This document shows positions 1-12,249 of a stretch of 37,432 bases of DNA, one piece after another. Position numbers and translations under genes: made by a program. The first letter of the stretch is position 1; every line of letters begins with the position of its first letter. Under the pieces are notes generated by a model that was given only the letters and a program-made list of their open reading frames with translations, had not been told where the DNA came from and made no database searches. The stretch comes from Macrostomum lignano (lineage: Eukaryota): assembly GCA_002269645.1 (NCBI GenBank), contig NIVC01002569.1, positions 1 to 37,432 on the forward strand. Reading direction: 5' to 3'.

Positions 1-283
1 GAAGGCCTTGCGAATCGAGGTGAGAATTTCGCGATTCGCTCTGGCTGTCAGGCCTAAGAGAAGCACACAGTGCCACTTGGGTAAATTAGTTAGCACATCA
101 CATTAGACACATACGACATACAGGCCATTAAACATCGCTTCCACGGATCCAAGGGAAAATTATTTTCAAAAATAAAAATCTGGGTTGATCTTTAACTCCG
201 TAAACTGGATGGGAGCACAGAAACGATCGTATTACACAATGTATTTTATGAGATACGGTCTGCTGTGAGCTGACTCGACTGCT

Positions 284-363
284 TCACCTGCCCCAGCTAG
301 TTCAGCTGCACCACCTGCCCCAGCTAGTTCAGCTGCATCACCTGCCCCAGCTAGTTCAGCTGC
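284..363. repeat. 27-bp tandem repeat, 3 copies
   Basis: (T/C)CACCTGCCCCAGCTAGTTCAGCTGCA begins at 284, 311 and 338. The period is a multiple of 3 and the - strand reads AAELAGAG(D/G/E) three times, so it could be coding, but this is unproven. Confidence 0.85.
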
Positions 364-1221
364 TTCAGCTGCCAGCTGCCTCATGCCCTGCCCACAAAAT
401 CCTTGCGGCCCGCTAACAGGCACTCTGAGGAAAAGATCGCATGGAATGAAAATGCCGGGCAGGCAGGGCAGCTAGGGGGGCGGGGTGGGGGAGCAGACAG
501 GCATCTAATGATTTCCCCAGTATCGATCCTCATGGTGCACTGAATTGAATGCCCCTCTCTTGAGCCTCTGCCGCACTCCGCAGTCGCTCGTGCCTCCTCA
601 TCAAGAGGAAGGGAAAGCCCAGCGACTTGCCGGTCACGAAAGAGGATGCGGCACTCATGCAGGCGCCGCCGCTGTTACTCTCTCGACGACTTACGTCTCT
701 CTAGGACTGGGCAGCGACTGCCGAGAGTCACAATTTCACTCCTGTTGCTTTTAGGAGCAAAAACCTTTGTGGAAAGCACCACCCGCCAAGACCAAGCATG
801 CCCAGAGATGAGTCGTCAGACTGAGCGGCAGAAGTCTTCCAGCAGTTGCGGCCATGCTGCCTGATGGGAGAAAGCAAAGAGCTGAGATTTTGTGGCATTA
901 ACAGTACGCGGACTAGCGGCTCTGCTCTTTAGTAGCCTTGTTAGAGAAAGTATCTAGCGTAAAGAAACAAATACGTGCATGATCCATGACCGAAGTGCAG
1001 CTTGCACTGTTGAAGAGTTTTTGTTAGCTAAACAGATCAATGCGAATGAAAGCATGGCGATCGATTCCTGACAGCACATGAAAAAATCAACTAGGTAAAG
1101 CTTGCTTATTGATGTCTGCACCCCCATGTGGAAAGATTGCTCAGAGCAAACACCCAAGAGCCACAGACCAGCCAGGGCAAAGTCCCTGACAGCTGGCTCA
1201 GGAGGGGAGGCGGCCACTCAC

Positions 1222-1380
1222 TTGATTGACGGGCGGCAAACAGTCCAGGATGCTGAGCATGAGCTTGGCGCCGCCGCGCGGATCCCGGGATTTCCACGGC
1301 CAGAGCGTCCAGCAGCATGCGGTACAGAGCGTTGGTGAACAGCGGCTCCGGCAGCTCGCGAACAAAGTCCTTCAGGAGGC
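1222..1380 (-). CDS. RhoGAP-domain exon of SYD-1/RhoGAP100F-like gene (contains an apparent 1-nt indel)
   Basis: Acceptor cgcag| lies at 1381 and donor |gtgagt at 1221. The exon reads (G)LLKDFVRELPEPLFTNALYRMLLDALAVEIP, then in another frame DPRGGAKLMLSILDCLPPVNQ. Both halves match the RhoGAP helices of the SYD-1 family. The frame switch is at about 1283-1289. Confidence 0.8.
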
Positions 1381-1679
1381 CTGCGATCAGCGGTGGGGTT
1401 GGCTGTCGATTAATCTGATCCCGAAATTATTCCCAGCTTCCCAATACGGGGCCTAGAAATCAATCGATTGTCTAGAGCACGAATATCCGATACTGACCGG
1501 CACAGCTTCAGCTTTCTCTCTACGAGAGCATGACCAAGGCATGCCTGGCCCCTGCTGTGAGCCTGTCTGCAACCGGCCTCATCCGCTTTCCTTCATCTTG
1601 CAATGATAATTTTTTAAAGCCTTACTGAGAAAATACGGGAAACCCATAGCAAAAAAGATAGCCGGGCAGTCCAACTCAC

Positions 1680-2521
1680 CTGTGACTGCATGAATGTCGG
1701 GCACCTTGTCAGCTGAAAGGTCCACCTTGCCAGGTCGCCGCTCGAAGGCTTCCCGCAGGCTTATCTTGCTCTTGTTGGAGCCGCACAGCCGGTAGATGCC
1801 GGGAATGTCCAGACCGCGCCGCTCCACCTCGTCGATGCACTTTTGCACGAGCAGCGGCACCTGTTGGCCGGATTTCTCCCGGCGCACGAGGATATCAATG
1901 GGAACCCCAAAGATGGACGAATGCATCCGAGGCGACTGCGTACGGCACATCACTTCGGAGATGGAGTAGCAGGTCAGCTCAAAGTAGAGGCAGCCCTTGG
2001 GCTCCATGCCCAGGGCGATGCGCTCGGAGCGAATGCAGCGGTGCCGGAAGGAGGCTGCGAGGCTCACGAGGTTGACGCTGCCGTGGAAGCAGAGGCGGTG
2101 CTTGTTGCTCGGGTCCCACTGGTACAGCAGGAATCCAAGGCCGCGGGCTCCGGCTGCAAACAGATCAAACTGCTCGTCCCAATGGAAACATTCGGTGCTG
2201 GTGCGGATGAGGGAGCGGGCCATGCGGACGGAGTCCAGCTCCAGCAGGCAGTAGAGATCCCTCAGCGCCACTACAGGCGCGTGCAGGCCGGTGCCAGCCA
2301 CCACGTGGACTCGCAGGACCCCGTCGATGCCGGCTGGATGGCCGGGACCCAGAGACCGCGCACTGCGGTCGGACGGGCACGGCCGGAACTCGTGCAGGCT
2401 CAAGCGGCCGGCCTGGCCCCTACGGCTTCGGCAGGAGCCCCAGCTGCCGCCAGCCCACCGCTGCCGCCACGCAGAAAGCAGCTGCCCCCACCTGCACAGT
2501 TGTTGCTTGCCACCAAAGGAA

Positions 2522-2561
<40 letters not shown>

Positions 2562-2960
2562 ATGAAGTTGCAGATTTTGCGGTTGCTGGAGCAGCGGCTG
2601 TTGGGGTTGATAAAAAGCTGCTTGGGGCAGCAGCTGAGATGAGCCCACCGAGTAGGGGTAGGTTTGGTAGCCGGGGTCGAAAGACGAGTGGTGCTGCAGA
2701 GGCAGACACTCGCTGCTCATCTGCCTGCCCGAAGCCAGTTGCACCTGCCGCTGTCTTTCCCAAGTGGGCGGGTAGCGGCCAGCGGGCCTGGCAGAGTCGC
2801 TGGTGTAATAGCCATCCAGCTGGTGGCTGCCCGCAGCCCCCAGTAACTCGCGCCCACAGGTGGCGGCACCTCGAATCCCTGCGGCATGGGCACGGGCGCA
2901 AACTCCGGTGGAGGCGGCGCCGCTGCAAATCGTGTGTTGGGACGGCAAGCTGAATTGGCT
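1680..2960 (-). CDS. syd-1: Large exon of SYD-1/RhoGAP100F/SYDE-like gene: low-complexity region, C2 domain and start of RhoGAP domain
   Basis: C2-like GVLRVHVVAGTGL..RDLYCLLELD..FHWDEQFDL..LYQWDPSNKHRLCFHG is followed by RhoGAP IFGVPIDILVRRE..VPLLVQKCIDEVERRGLDIPGIYRLCGS (arginine finger present). Donor acag|gtgagt is at 1679 and acceptor ctgcag| at 2961. The C2+RhoGAP order and these motifs are typical of the SYD-1 family. The reading frame 5' of ~2410 is ambiguous. Confidence 0.8.
2522..2565. repeat. (CTG)n(ATG)n trinucleotide run (poly-His/poly-Gln or poly-Ser/Ala on - strand)
   Basis: About 10 GCT/CTG units followed by 4 GAT units, read directly from the sequence. Confidence 0.9.
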
Positions 2961-4518
2961 CTGCAGTTAGGGCCAATCCGGCTACAGTCGCATTATAGTT
3001 CCAACAATTATAATTCCTGTCTTTTAGTTAGTACAGGGATATTATTTGTTGATCTGCTCCGCGCTTGCGGAATCAATCTGTCCTCTCAGCCTTTCTGCAT
3101 TACCCCTTAGGACGAGGTTTACCGCCCACATCTATTATTTCTAAAAAAGTACAAGTCAGCTGACTCGATTGAAAGCGGAAGGCTATTGTCGAGTACTCGT
3201 AAATCCCTTGCTGGGGAAGAAGACACCTCATTTCGCTGGAGCTGCAGCCAAATCCTATCAGCCCCCGCAATCTAAATTCTGCCTGTCTTCTCTCCCAGCT
3301 GGTTAGCACTTCGAGCCGAGCTCTGCCGCAGAGGCTCTACTACCCGCTCCCTTCTGCGGACGGACAGGCCTCGCTCCCCTCGTCACTTGCCGCTGCTTGA
3401 TGGGGTTAGAGAAGTGCAGATGTACTTTTCCACCCGCCATCGCGCAAATAAAGGCCGCGGGGCTCTGCACACATTGCTTAGAGAGCTCCGGGTCGGCCTA
3501 ACTGGAGCAGGCAAGGACTTTCTCTGTGTGCAATTTGGCGGTGGGATGAGTGAATTGAGGTACGTAGTGTGCCGCAGCTCAAGCAGGCATGTAGGACTGC
3601 AGAGTTCTCTCGTACAGTACGTGGGATGGGACGGAATGAGAGAGAAAGAGCGGTCACAGAGTTCGAGGCCCTCCTGTCCCAGGTGGCGGTGCAGGAATGT
3701 ACGGCGCCAATCCATCCCCTCCTCTCTCTTCCCATCCAGCTCGATCCCTTCCGGTCGTCTCAGCCGCCCACTGCTCCCAGCAGCTCCCTCTCGTTTAGCC
3801 TTGCCCAGCAAGCCACTCGAACTCGCCCCGGTGGCCTCTCGACAGACGCCAGCCCTCATCCCCTCAATCTCAACCGCCGCCTCTCGATCCCATCCCGCTC
3901 ATCCCCTTCCACTCGCGGGCATGCCAGATGTAGCGGCTCTGCGGCTGCACCTGCCTTCCTGCTGTGTCGGCCTTCTTCTCTCCCTTTCTTTCGACACGCA
4001 GCGAAATTTCGCAGAGTCACGCTCGCCTCTCTTATTTCGGCATCTCCCTTCCTCAAAAGCTCCAAGCCAGTGACACAGAAATTCCCAAAGAGAGTGAGCG
4101 GGAAAGAGCACTAGCGCTGGTGTTAACTATTGATGGGGCACAGCGCCCTGCTATTCCAGCTTCCCTGGCATCCACTAATTCGCAGCCCCATCAGCACTCA
4201 GATTTCCCAACTGTGGGGAGATTTGGATGAAAAAAGCATTCTGGAGCTGCCGCTGGTAGGCAGGCGCTGGTGGCAATGCGGATGGAGTAGCAGGGTGGAA
4301 GAGCGGTGTGGGCTGGGGCAGCATTCAAGGGAGAAAGTAGCAAAGGAGTTTCCTATGGTCTGCTTCTGAGGTGTGCTTTGAGAGTGGCGCCTTGGATATT
4401 TCTGAGGCACAGCATAGCACCTGCCAACTCACAATTGGCGCTGAAGGAGGCGTTTGGATTTTTCTGCTAAGAATTTGTACTACAAAATAGCAAAACTTGT
4501 AAAGTTCTTAAAGGGTTA

Positions 4519-7500
4519 GTGAGTGACACAAAAATGCTGGAAGGTGAAGAGGAGGCAGTGAGAGTGACACAGAATGCTGGGAGGTGAAGAGGAGGCAGTG
4601 AGAGTGACACAAAAATGCTGGGAGGTGAAGAGGAGGCAGTGAGAGTGACACAGAATGCTGGGAGGTGAAGAGGAGGCAGTGAGAGTGACACAAAAATGCT
4701 GGAAGGTGAAGAGGAGGCAGTGAGAGTGACACAAAAATGCTGGAAGGTGAAGAGGAGGCAGTGAGAGTGACACAGAATGCTGGGAGGTGAAGAGGAGGCA
4801 GTGAGAGTGACACAAAAATGCTGGAAGGTGAAGAGGAGGCAGTGAGAGTGACACAGAATGCTGGGAGGTGAAGAGGAGGCAGTGAGAGTGACACAGAATG
4901 CTGGGAGGTGAAGAGGAGGCAGTGAGAGTGACACAGAATGCTGGGAGGTGAAGAGGAGGCAGTGAGAGTGACACAGAATGCTGGGAGGTGAAGAGGAGGC
5001 AGTGAGAGTGACACAGAATGCTGGGAGGTGAAGAGGAGGCAGTGAGAGTGACACAGAATGCTGGGAGGTGAAGAGGAGGCAGTGAGAGTGACACAGAATG
5101 CTGGGAGGTGAAGAGGAGGCAGTGAGAGTGACACAGAATGCTGGGAGGTGAAGAGGAGGCAGTGAGTGTGACAAAAAAATGCTGGAAGGTGAAGAGGAGG
5201 CAGTGAGAGTGACACAAAAATGCTGGAAGGTGAAGAGGAGGCAGTGAGAGTGACACAAAAATGCTGGAAGGTGAAGAGGAGGCAGTGAGAGTGACACAGA
5301 ATGCTGGGAGGTGAAGAGGAGGCAGTGAGAGTGACACAGAATGCTGGGAGGTGAAGAGGAGGCAGTGAGAGTGACACAGAATGCTGGGAGGTGAAGAGGA
5401 GGCAGTGAGAGTGACACAAAAATGCTGGAAGGTGAAGAGGAGGCAGTGAGAGTGACACAGAATGCTGGGAGGTGAAGAGGAGGCAGTGAGAGTGACACAG
5501 AATGCTGAGAGGTGGAGAGGAGGCAGTGAGAGTGACACAGAATGCTGGGAGGTGAAGAGGAGGCAGTGAGAGTGACACAGAATGCTGGGAGGTGAAGAGG
5601 AGGCAGTGAGAGTGACACAGAATGCTGAGAGGTGGAGAGGAGGCAGTGAGAGTGACACAGAATGCTGAGAGGTGGAGAGGAGGCAGTGAGAGTGACACAG
5701 AATGCTGGGAGGTGAAGAGGAGGCAGTGAGAGTGACACAGAATGCTATGAGGTGGAGAGGAGGCAATGAGAGTGACACAGAATGCTAGGTGGAGAGGAGG
5801 CAATGAGAGTGACACAGAATGCTATGAGGTGGAGAGGAGGCAATGAGAGTGACACAGAATGCTATGAGGTGGAGAGGAGGCAATGAGAGTGACACAGAAT
5901 GCTAGGTGGAGAGGAGGCAGTGAGAGTGACACAGAATGCTGAGAGGTGGAGAGGAGGCAGTGAGAGTGACACAGAATGCTGGAGGTGAAGAGGAGGCAGT
6001 GTGAGTGACACAGAATGCTGGGAGGTGAAGAGGAGGCAGTGAGAGTGACACAGAATGCTGAGAGGTGGAGAGGAGGCAATGAGAGTGACACAGAATGCTG
6101 AGAGGTGGAGAGGAGGCAGTGAGAGTGACACAGAATGCTGGGAGGTGAAGAGGAGGCAATGAGAGTGACACAGAATGCTATGAGGTGGAGAGGAGGCAAT
6201 GAGAGTGACACAGAATGCTAGGTGAAGAGGAGGCAGTGAGAGTGACACAGAATGCTGGCACAGAATGCTGGGAGGTAGAGAGGAGGCAGTGAGAGTGACA
6301 CAGAATGCTGGGAGGTGAAGAGGAGGCAGTGAGAGTGACACAGAATGCTGAGAGGTGGAGAGGAGGCAGTGAGAGTGACACAGAATGCTGGAGGTGAAGA
6401 GGAGGCAATGAGAGTGACACAGAATGCTATGAGGTGGAGAGGAGGCAATGAGAGTGACACAGAATGCTAGGGTGGAGAGGAGGCAATGAGAGTGACACAG
6501 AATGCTATGAGGTGGAGAGGAGGCAATGAGAGTGACACAGAATGCTATGAGGTGGAGAGGAGGCAATGAGAGTGACACAGAATGCTAGGTGGAGAGGAGG
6601 CAGTGAGAGTGACACAGAATGCTGGCACAGAACGCTGGGAGGTGGAGAGGAGGCAGTGAGAGTGACACAGAATGCTGGGTGAAGAGGAGGCAGTGAGAGT
6701 GACACAAAAATGCTGAGAGGTGGAGAGGAGGCAGTGAGAGTGACACAGAATGCTGGGTGAAGAGGAGGCAGTGAGAGTGACACAAATGCTGAGAGGTGGA
6801 GAGGAGGCAGTGAGAGTGACACAGAATGCTGGGTGAAGAGGAGGCAGTGAGAGTGACACAGAATGCTGGGTGAGAGGAGGCAGTGAGAGTGACACAGAAT
6901 GCTATGAGGTGGAGAGGAGGCAATGAGAGTGACACAGAATGCTAGGTGGAGAGGAGGCAATGAGAGTGACACAGAATGCTATGAGGTGGAGAGGAGGCAA
7001 TGAGAGTGACACAGAATGCTATGAGGTGGAGAGGAGGCAATGAGAGTGACACAGAATGCTAGGTGGAGAGGAGGCAGTGAGAGTGACACAGAATGCTGAG
7101 AGGTGGAGAGGAGGCAGTGAGAGTGACACAGAATGCTGGGAGGTGAAGAGGAGGCAGTGAGAGTGACACAGAATGCTGGAGGTGAAGAGGAGGCAGTGAG
7201 AGTGACACAGAATGCTGAGAGGTGGAGAGGAGGCAATGAGAGTGACACAGAATGCTGAGAGGTGGAGAGGAGGCAGTGAGAGTGACACAGAATGCTGGGA
7301 GGTGGAGAGGAGGCAATGAGAGTGACACAGAATGCTATGAGGTGGAGAGGAGGCAATGAGAGTGACACAGAATGCTAGGTGGAGAGGAGGCAGTGAGAGT
7401 GACACAGAATGCTGGCACAGAATGCTGGGAGGTGGAGAGGAGGCAGTGAGAGTGACACAGAATGCTGGGTGAAGAGGAGGCAGTGAGAGTGACACAGAAT

Positions 7501-8735
7501 GCTGGGTGGAGAGGAGGCAGTGAGAGTGACACAGAATGCTGGGTGAAGAGGAGGCAGTGAGAATGACACAATGCTATGAGGTGGAGAGGAGGCAATGAGA
7601 GTGACACAGAATGCTAGGTGGAGAGGAGGCAATGAGAGTGACACAGAATGCTATGAGGTGGAGAGGAGGCAATGAGAGTGACACAGAATGCTATGAGGTG
7701 GAGAGGAGGCAATGAGAGTGACACAGAATGCTAGGTGGAGAGGAGGCAGTGAGAGTGACACAGAATGCTGGCACAGAACGCTGGGAGGTGGAGAGGAGGC
7801 AGTGAGAGTGACACAGAATGCTGGGTGAAGAGGAGGCAGTGAGAGTGACACAAAAATGCTGAGAGGTGGAGAGGAGGCAGTGAGAGTGACACAGAATGCT
7901 GGGTGAAGAGGAGGCAGTGAGAGTGACACAAAAATGCTGAGAGGTGGAGAGGAGGCAGTGAGAGTGACACAGAATGCTGGGTGAAGAGGAGGCAGTGAGA
8001 GTGACACAGAATGCTGGTGAGAGGAGGCAGTGAGAATGACACAATGCTATGAGGTGGAGAGGAGGCAATGAGAGTGACACAGAATGCTAGGTGGAGAGGA
8101 GGCAGTGAGAGTGACACAGAATGCTGGCACAGAATGCTGGGAGGTGGAGAGGAGGCAGTGAGAGTGACACAGAATGCTGGGTGAAGAGGAGGCAGTGAGA
8201 GTGACACAAAATGCTGAGAGGTGGAGAGGAGGCAGTGAGAGTGACACAATGCTATGAGGTGGAGAGGAGGCAATGAGAGTGACAAGAATGCTGGTGAGAG
8301 GAGGCAGTGAGAGTGACACAGAATGCTGGTGCTGGAGGTGGAGAGGAGGCAGTGAGAGTGACACAGAATGCTGGGTGAAGAGGAGGCAGTGAGAGTGACA
8401 CAAAAATGCTGAGAGGTGGAGAGGAGGCAGTGAGAGTGACACAGAATGCTGGGTGAAGAGGAGGCAGTGAGAGTGACACAAATGCTGAGAGGTGAGAGGA
8501 GGCAGTGAGAGTGACACAGAATGCTGGGTGAGAGGAGGCAGTGAGAGTGACACAGAATGCTGGGTGAGAGGAGGCAGTGAGAATGACACAATGCTATGAG
8601 GTGGAGAGGAGGCAGTGAGAGTGACACAGAATGCTATGAGGTGGAGAGGAGGCAGTGAGAGTGACACAGAATGCTATGAGGTGGAGAGGAGGCAGTGAGA
8701 GTGACACAGAATGCTATGGGTGGAGAGGAGGCAGT
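4519..8735. repeat. ~40-bp unit satellite array, ~105 copies
   Basis: Consensus GAGTGACACAGAATGCTGGGAGGTGAAGAGGAGGCAGTGA repeats without interruption for ~4.2 kb. Unit variants are mostly about 36-41 bp, with occasional partial duplications. The + strand is strongly purine-rich. Confidence 0.98.
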
Positions 8736-8811
8736 TACAAGAGAAGTTTACAAAGAATTGAGATCGAAATCCTCGCTGAGGCAATAGGCAAAGAGAGTGG
8801 TGTGGCCTCAC

Positions 8812-9429
8812 TGTATGCAGCGTACGGCCCTGCTGCTGAGTATCCATAATAGTCTGGGGCCGCGGCCGCCCGCCCGTGGAACAGATGGTTCTGCTCGTTC
8901 AACCGCTGATGAGGTGGTGGCAGTTGGCCGATCCCCATAGCGCCAAGTCGGTCGGCAGCGGCTGTGACCTCTTCGGCGGAGGCGAAGCCACCGGCCGCCC
9001 CGCCGGGAGCCTCCCGTAACCGTGATGCAGCTCAGAGTCTGAGCAGTACTCCTGTCTGGAGTTTTGGCTGCCGGTCGGGCCGTACTGCAGGCCCGCGTCA
9101 CGGCAAAAAGTGCGCGGTACCCGGCCTGCCGGGTGAGGGGCAAAGTGCACCCGCTGCTGCTGCTGCTGCGGCTGCGGCTGCTGCTGATGGTTCTCCAGCT
9201 CCCCTGAGCACAGCCTCTATGGGGTCACTCCGACAGCTGGTCAATGGACGGTGCGGGTAGCGGCGCCCCCGGCGGCGGCAGCGGATGGCGGCATGGGTCC
9301 GGCCTGCTCTGGGTTTCCCTGTGTTGCAGTTCCGTTGCCAAAGTTTGTAGAGGCTTTGGCGTGCTCTGACAGGCAGGCCGACACAAATCGCAGGAGGCGG
9401 TGAGAGCCGGTCAGGTTCCGCCGGCTGCA
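8812..9429 (-). other. GC-rich coding-like segment, possibly a 5' exon of the RhoGAP gene
   Basis: Flanked by a plausible acceptor (ttccag| at 9430) and donor (aca|gtgagg at 8811). It contains a poly-Ala run and a Tyr/Ala-rich stretch (APDYYGYSAAGPYAAYS). No single frame is open end to end. Confidence 0.25.
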
Positions 9430-10397
9430 CTGGAAATCTCCATTTTCTGCGCTACCGTAGCTGGCAGTGGGTGAGACGAGTGAGCAGAGAGGCAGAGGAG
9501 ATGAGAGAGACCGGACTGAGGCTCACGCACTGGTTGGTGCTGGGCCAGGAACTCTGCAGTTCATCTCTGTCCCGTCCCGGCTCACAGCAGTGGCCAGTGC
9601 ACTCACTCGCGCACAACTGGAGAGCGGGCAGCCTGCCCCAATCCTGTCTCGCTCCCCAATTCTAACACTAATCGGCCTCTGCGCTGCATTTCCCGCCCGC
9701 TCCGCTCTTCCCCTCTCTTCCCCGTGAACTTTCCCGCCCAAAAGAAACACAGCGGTGCAGGGAGGCGGGGAGGAGAGGAGGCGGGAGGAGGAGGAGACCA
9801 GCGGAGGCAGTGTGCCGAAGGGGCGATGGAGGCCGGTGGCCGGCTTTCACTCCCGGCGGGCAGCGCATTGTCTAGCCGGGAGCAGCGGAAGAGAACGACG
9901 GGGGAGGGCTCAGAGTTGGCGCTGAGTGGCGACCGTGTTTGGGAAAGGCCTGCTAGCGCTCGGGTCAAAAAACTGGCTGTGTCCCGGCAGCCCAGCCGGC
10001 ATTCTCTCCGTGTCCTGTTAGGCGATTCAAAGGGAGGAACGAAAGTTCTGAGACACCAGTGACCTGAGAAGAATGGCAGGCTCACGGAATAGGGTGAGCT
10101 CAGTAACTTTGGGAGTGATAAAAGAGGATAGAAAGGGGAGAGGTAGAAAGTAGGGAGTAGGCAGAAGAAGCCACGGCAAATTCAGAAAGTTGCTGAACCC
10201 GGGATTAGACATGGCTGACTGGGAGCTCGGCTCATTCGAGCGCCTTTTGCTGCTCCTTTAAATGGTTTGAAAGAGCGAGAGTAAAATGCGCTCGTAGATT
10301 GCAAAAAATTAATGCGGAAAATATCGGCGATGGCGAGGAGGCCAGCTTCAAAAAGTCCACGAAAAACATTCTGAGCACGGGTTTGTGCGCAGTAGAA

Positions 10398-10738
10398 TTT
10401 CTGACCAATACGAGCTATTCTCAATGAGATTCTCAGGGAAATCGCACTGATTTCTGACCAATATTCTCAATGAGATTCTCAGGGAAATCGCACTGATTTC
10501 TGACCAATATTCTCAATGAGATTCTCAGGGAAATCGCACTGATTTCTGACCAATATTCTCAATGAGATTCTCAGGGAAATCGCACTGATTTCTGACCAAT
10601 ATTTTCAATGAGATTCTCAGGGAAATCGCACTGATTTCTGACCAATATTCTCAATGAGATTCTCAGGGAAATCGCACTGATTTCTGACCAATATTCTCAA
10701 TGAGATTCACAGGGAAATCGCACTGATTTCTGACCAAT
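10398..10738. repeat. 46-bp minisatellite, ~7.3 copies
   Basis: Unit ATTTCTGACCAATATTCTCAATGAGATTCTCAGGGAAATCGCACTG. The first copy has a 6-bp insertion (CGAGCT) and two later copies have single substitutions. Confidence 0.95.
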
Positions 10739-12249
10739 AATACGTTGATTAACACTTTCTGGTATAGCAGAGCACTTTTCACACATGCTCAGCGAGTTTG
10801 TTAAAAAATCAGATCCCATGAATTCGCTCAACTTTTGCAGCAATGTCTCACCCCCAGGGGTGCTGGGGAATCCCCGTGGCCCTCTCAATGCAGAAGTTCT
10901 ACGCAAACTGGCTTCGTTTCTCCGCGGCATGAAAAACTCCCGGCGGGGCCCAGGCGGAAAAAGCAGGGAAGCCCCAGGGCAGAGTGGTTGCAGAAAACTG
11001 AGCAGCCGTTTAGCTTGGGAAGGCAAGTGGAATTTCTGATGTCACGATCCAGCGGGCGTGGCATTCAACAAAACAATTGCGGTCAACAATTTTTTTGCCT
11101 TTTTGTCAGCAGAGGTGCCTGAGCTCTTGTCGGTCCGATACCGATGTCGGTCCAAATGACTGAAGACTCGAGTCAATTAACTTGGGGAAACCACAGACCG
11201 GCCACCCGCTTGTCCAAGTGCAATGCAAGGTGGCTGGCGTAGCTAGGTGTATTTCATCGGTATATATACCCAGGTAGCCGGAGGGCGAGTAGAGCGACGG
11301 TGTACGAAAGGTCAATAGTTTTTACCGACAGTTACAGCTAGCGCATACGCATAATGCAGTGCGTATAACACAAAACAGCGAATAAATTGTTTGGCGTCAG
11401 CGCCGCAGGTTTCACTTCAAGCCACGAGCCGCGAGCTTCGTCGGTGAAAACGAGCCGCTGTCTTTCAACTGGTCGGGCTGGCCCAGAGGCATCGTCTGCG
11501 GCACATCGAAGGTGACTGCCGAAAGTGTCGAAACCTTTCGACTGCGCCGGGGCCGCGACCGCTGTACCATGTGGCGAGTGGTCTCTGTGGCGACGTTTAC
11601 ATAGATATTGTCCCCATCAGTCAGTCGCAGGCTCTTAGCGGACCCGTTGGTGCCAAGCTCCATCCATGGGCGAACACCTGCAGTAATTTTAAGAGATATA
11701 GATAGTGAATAAAAAACAGCTACCTCGCAGCCCTTCAGTTTAGTATGGCCCAGAAAACATCTGTCGAGATAGACGAGAACCTTAATATGCTCAACACAAA
11801 GCTGATGCAGTTGTTATTGACGACCGGAGCTTCAAGTGTCCTACCTGGTTTTTGGACCTATCGGGACGCTGCAGCGCGACACGGTCAGGTCCTTGTCCCG
11901 TTTGCTACCAGTATACAGAGGCCTGTGCAATTTCTCCATCTATCCAGAGACCTCCTGTAAGGCCCGTGGCCCCCACTGAGCTTGCCGACGGATCCATCAG
12001 GGTCCTGTTTGACCAACTGCTCGATTCTAGTTTTGGTGTCGAACCAGAGTCGAAATGGTCTTTTGCCCGTTTGGCAAAGCTATCAAGGTATGTTAAAGAG
12101 CTAAATTCCCATCGAGAGAATTTACTGACGCCGGTGAGGCTGTAGAATTCTTTCTGATTGTAGATGCGAGGGCGTAAATGTCTAGCTAAGAACAGGAAGC
12201 GGAACATGCGGAACCTCACTACTGGATGTACATTCCACTGGTCAAGGAA

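Noticed and set aside
1843-2953. + strand ORFs of 220-236 aa (similarly 21100-21795 and 21875-22440 on -)
   Set aside because: These are antisense shadows of GC-rich real exons (RhoGAP and ACSL) with no motifs of their own.
3100-4114. ORFs 3387-4073, 3383-3859 and 3569-4114, and short PDZ-like words (GLYLRDG, AVNLV) on the - strand
   Set aside because: The ORFs are low complexity, and the short matches do not assemble into a PDZ domain or consistent exons, so the expected SYD-1 PDZ exon could not be supported.
4467-8667. Many long - strand ORFs (up to 435 aa; SLSLPPLHL/CVTLTASS repeats)
   Set aside because: These are translations of the 40-bp satellite, which lacks stop codons on that strand. 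All three frames are open, which is typical of a repeat artefact.
4519-8735. CRISPR-like alternation of constant and variable segments
   Set aside because: The variable part is a small set of related variants rather than unique spacers, there are no cas genes, and the context is eukaryotic.
10398-10738. 46-bp palindromic repeat as a CRISPR array
   Set aside because: The units are head-to-tail with no spacers.
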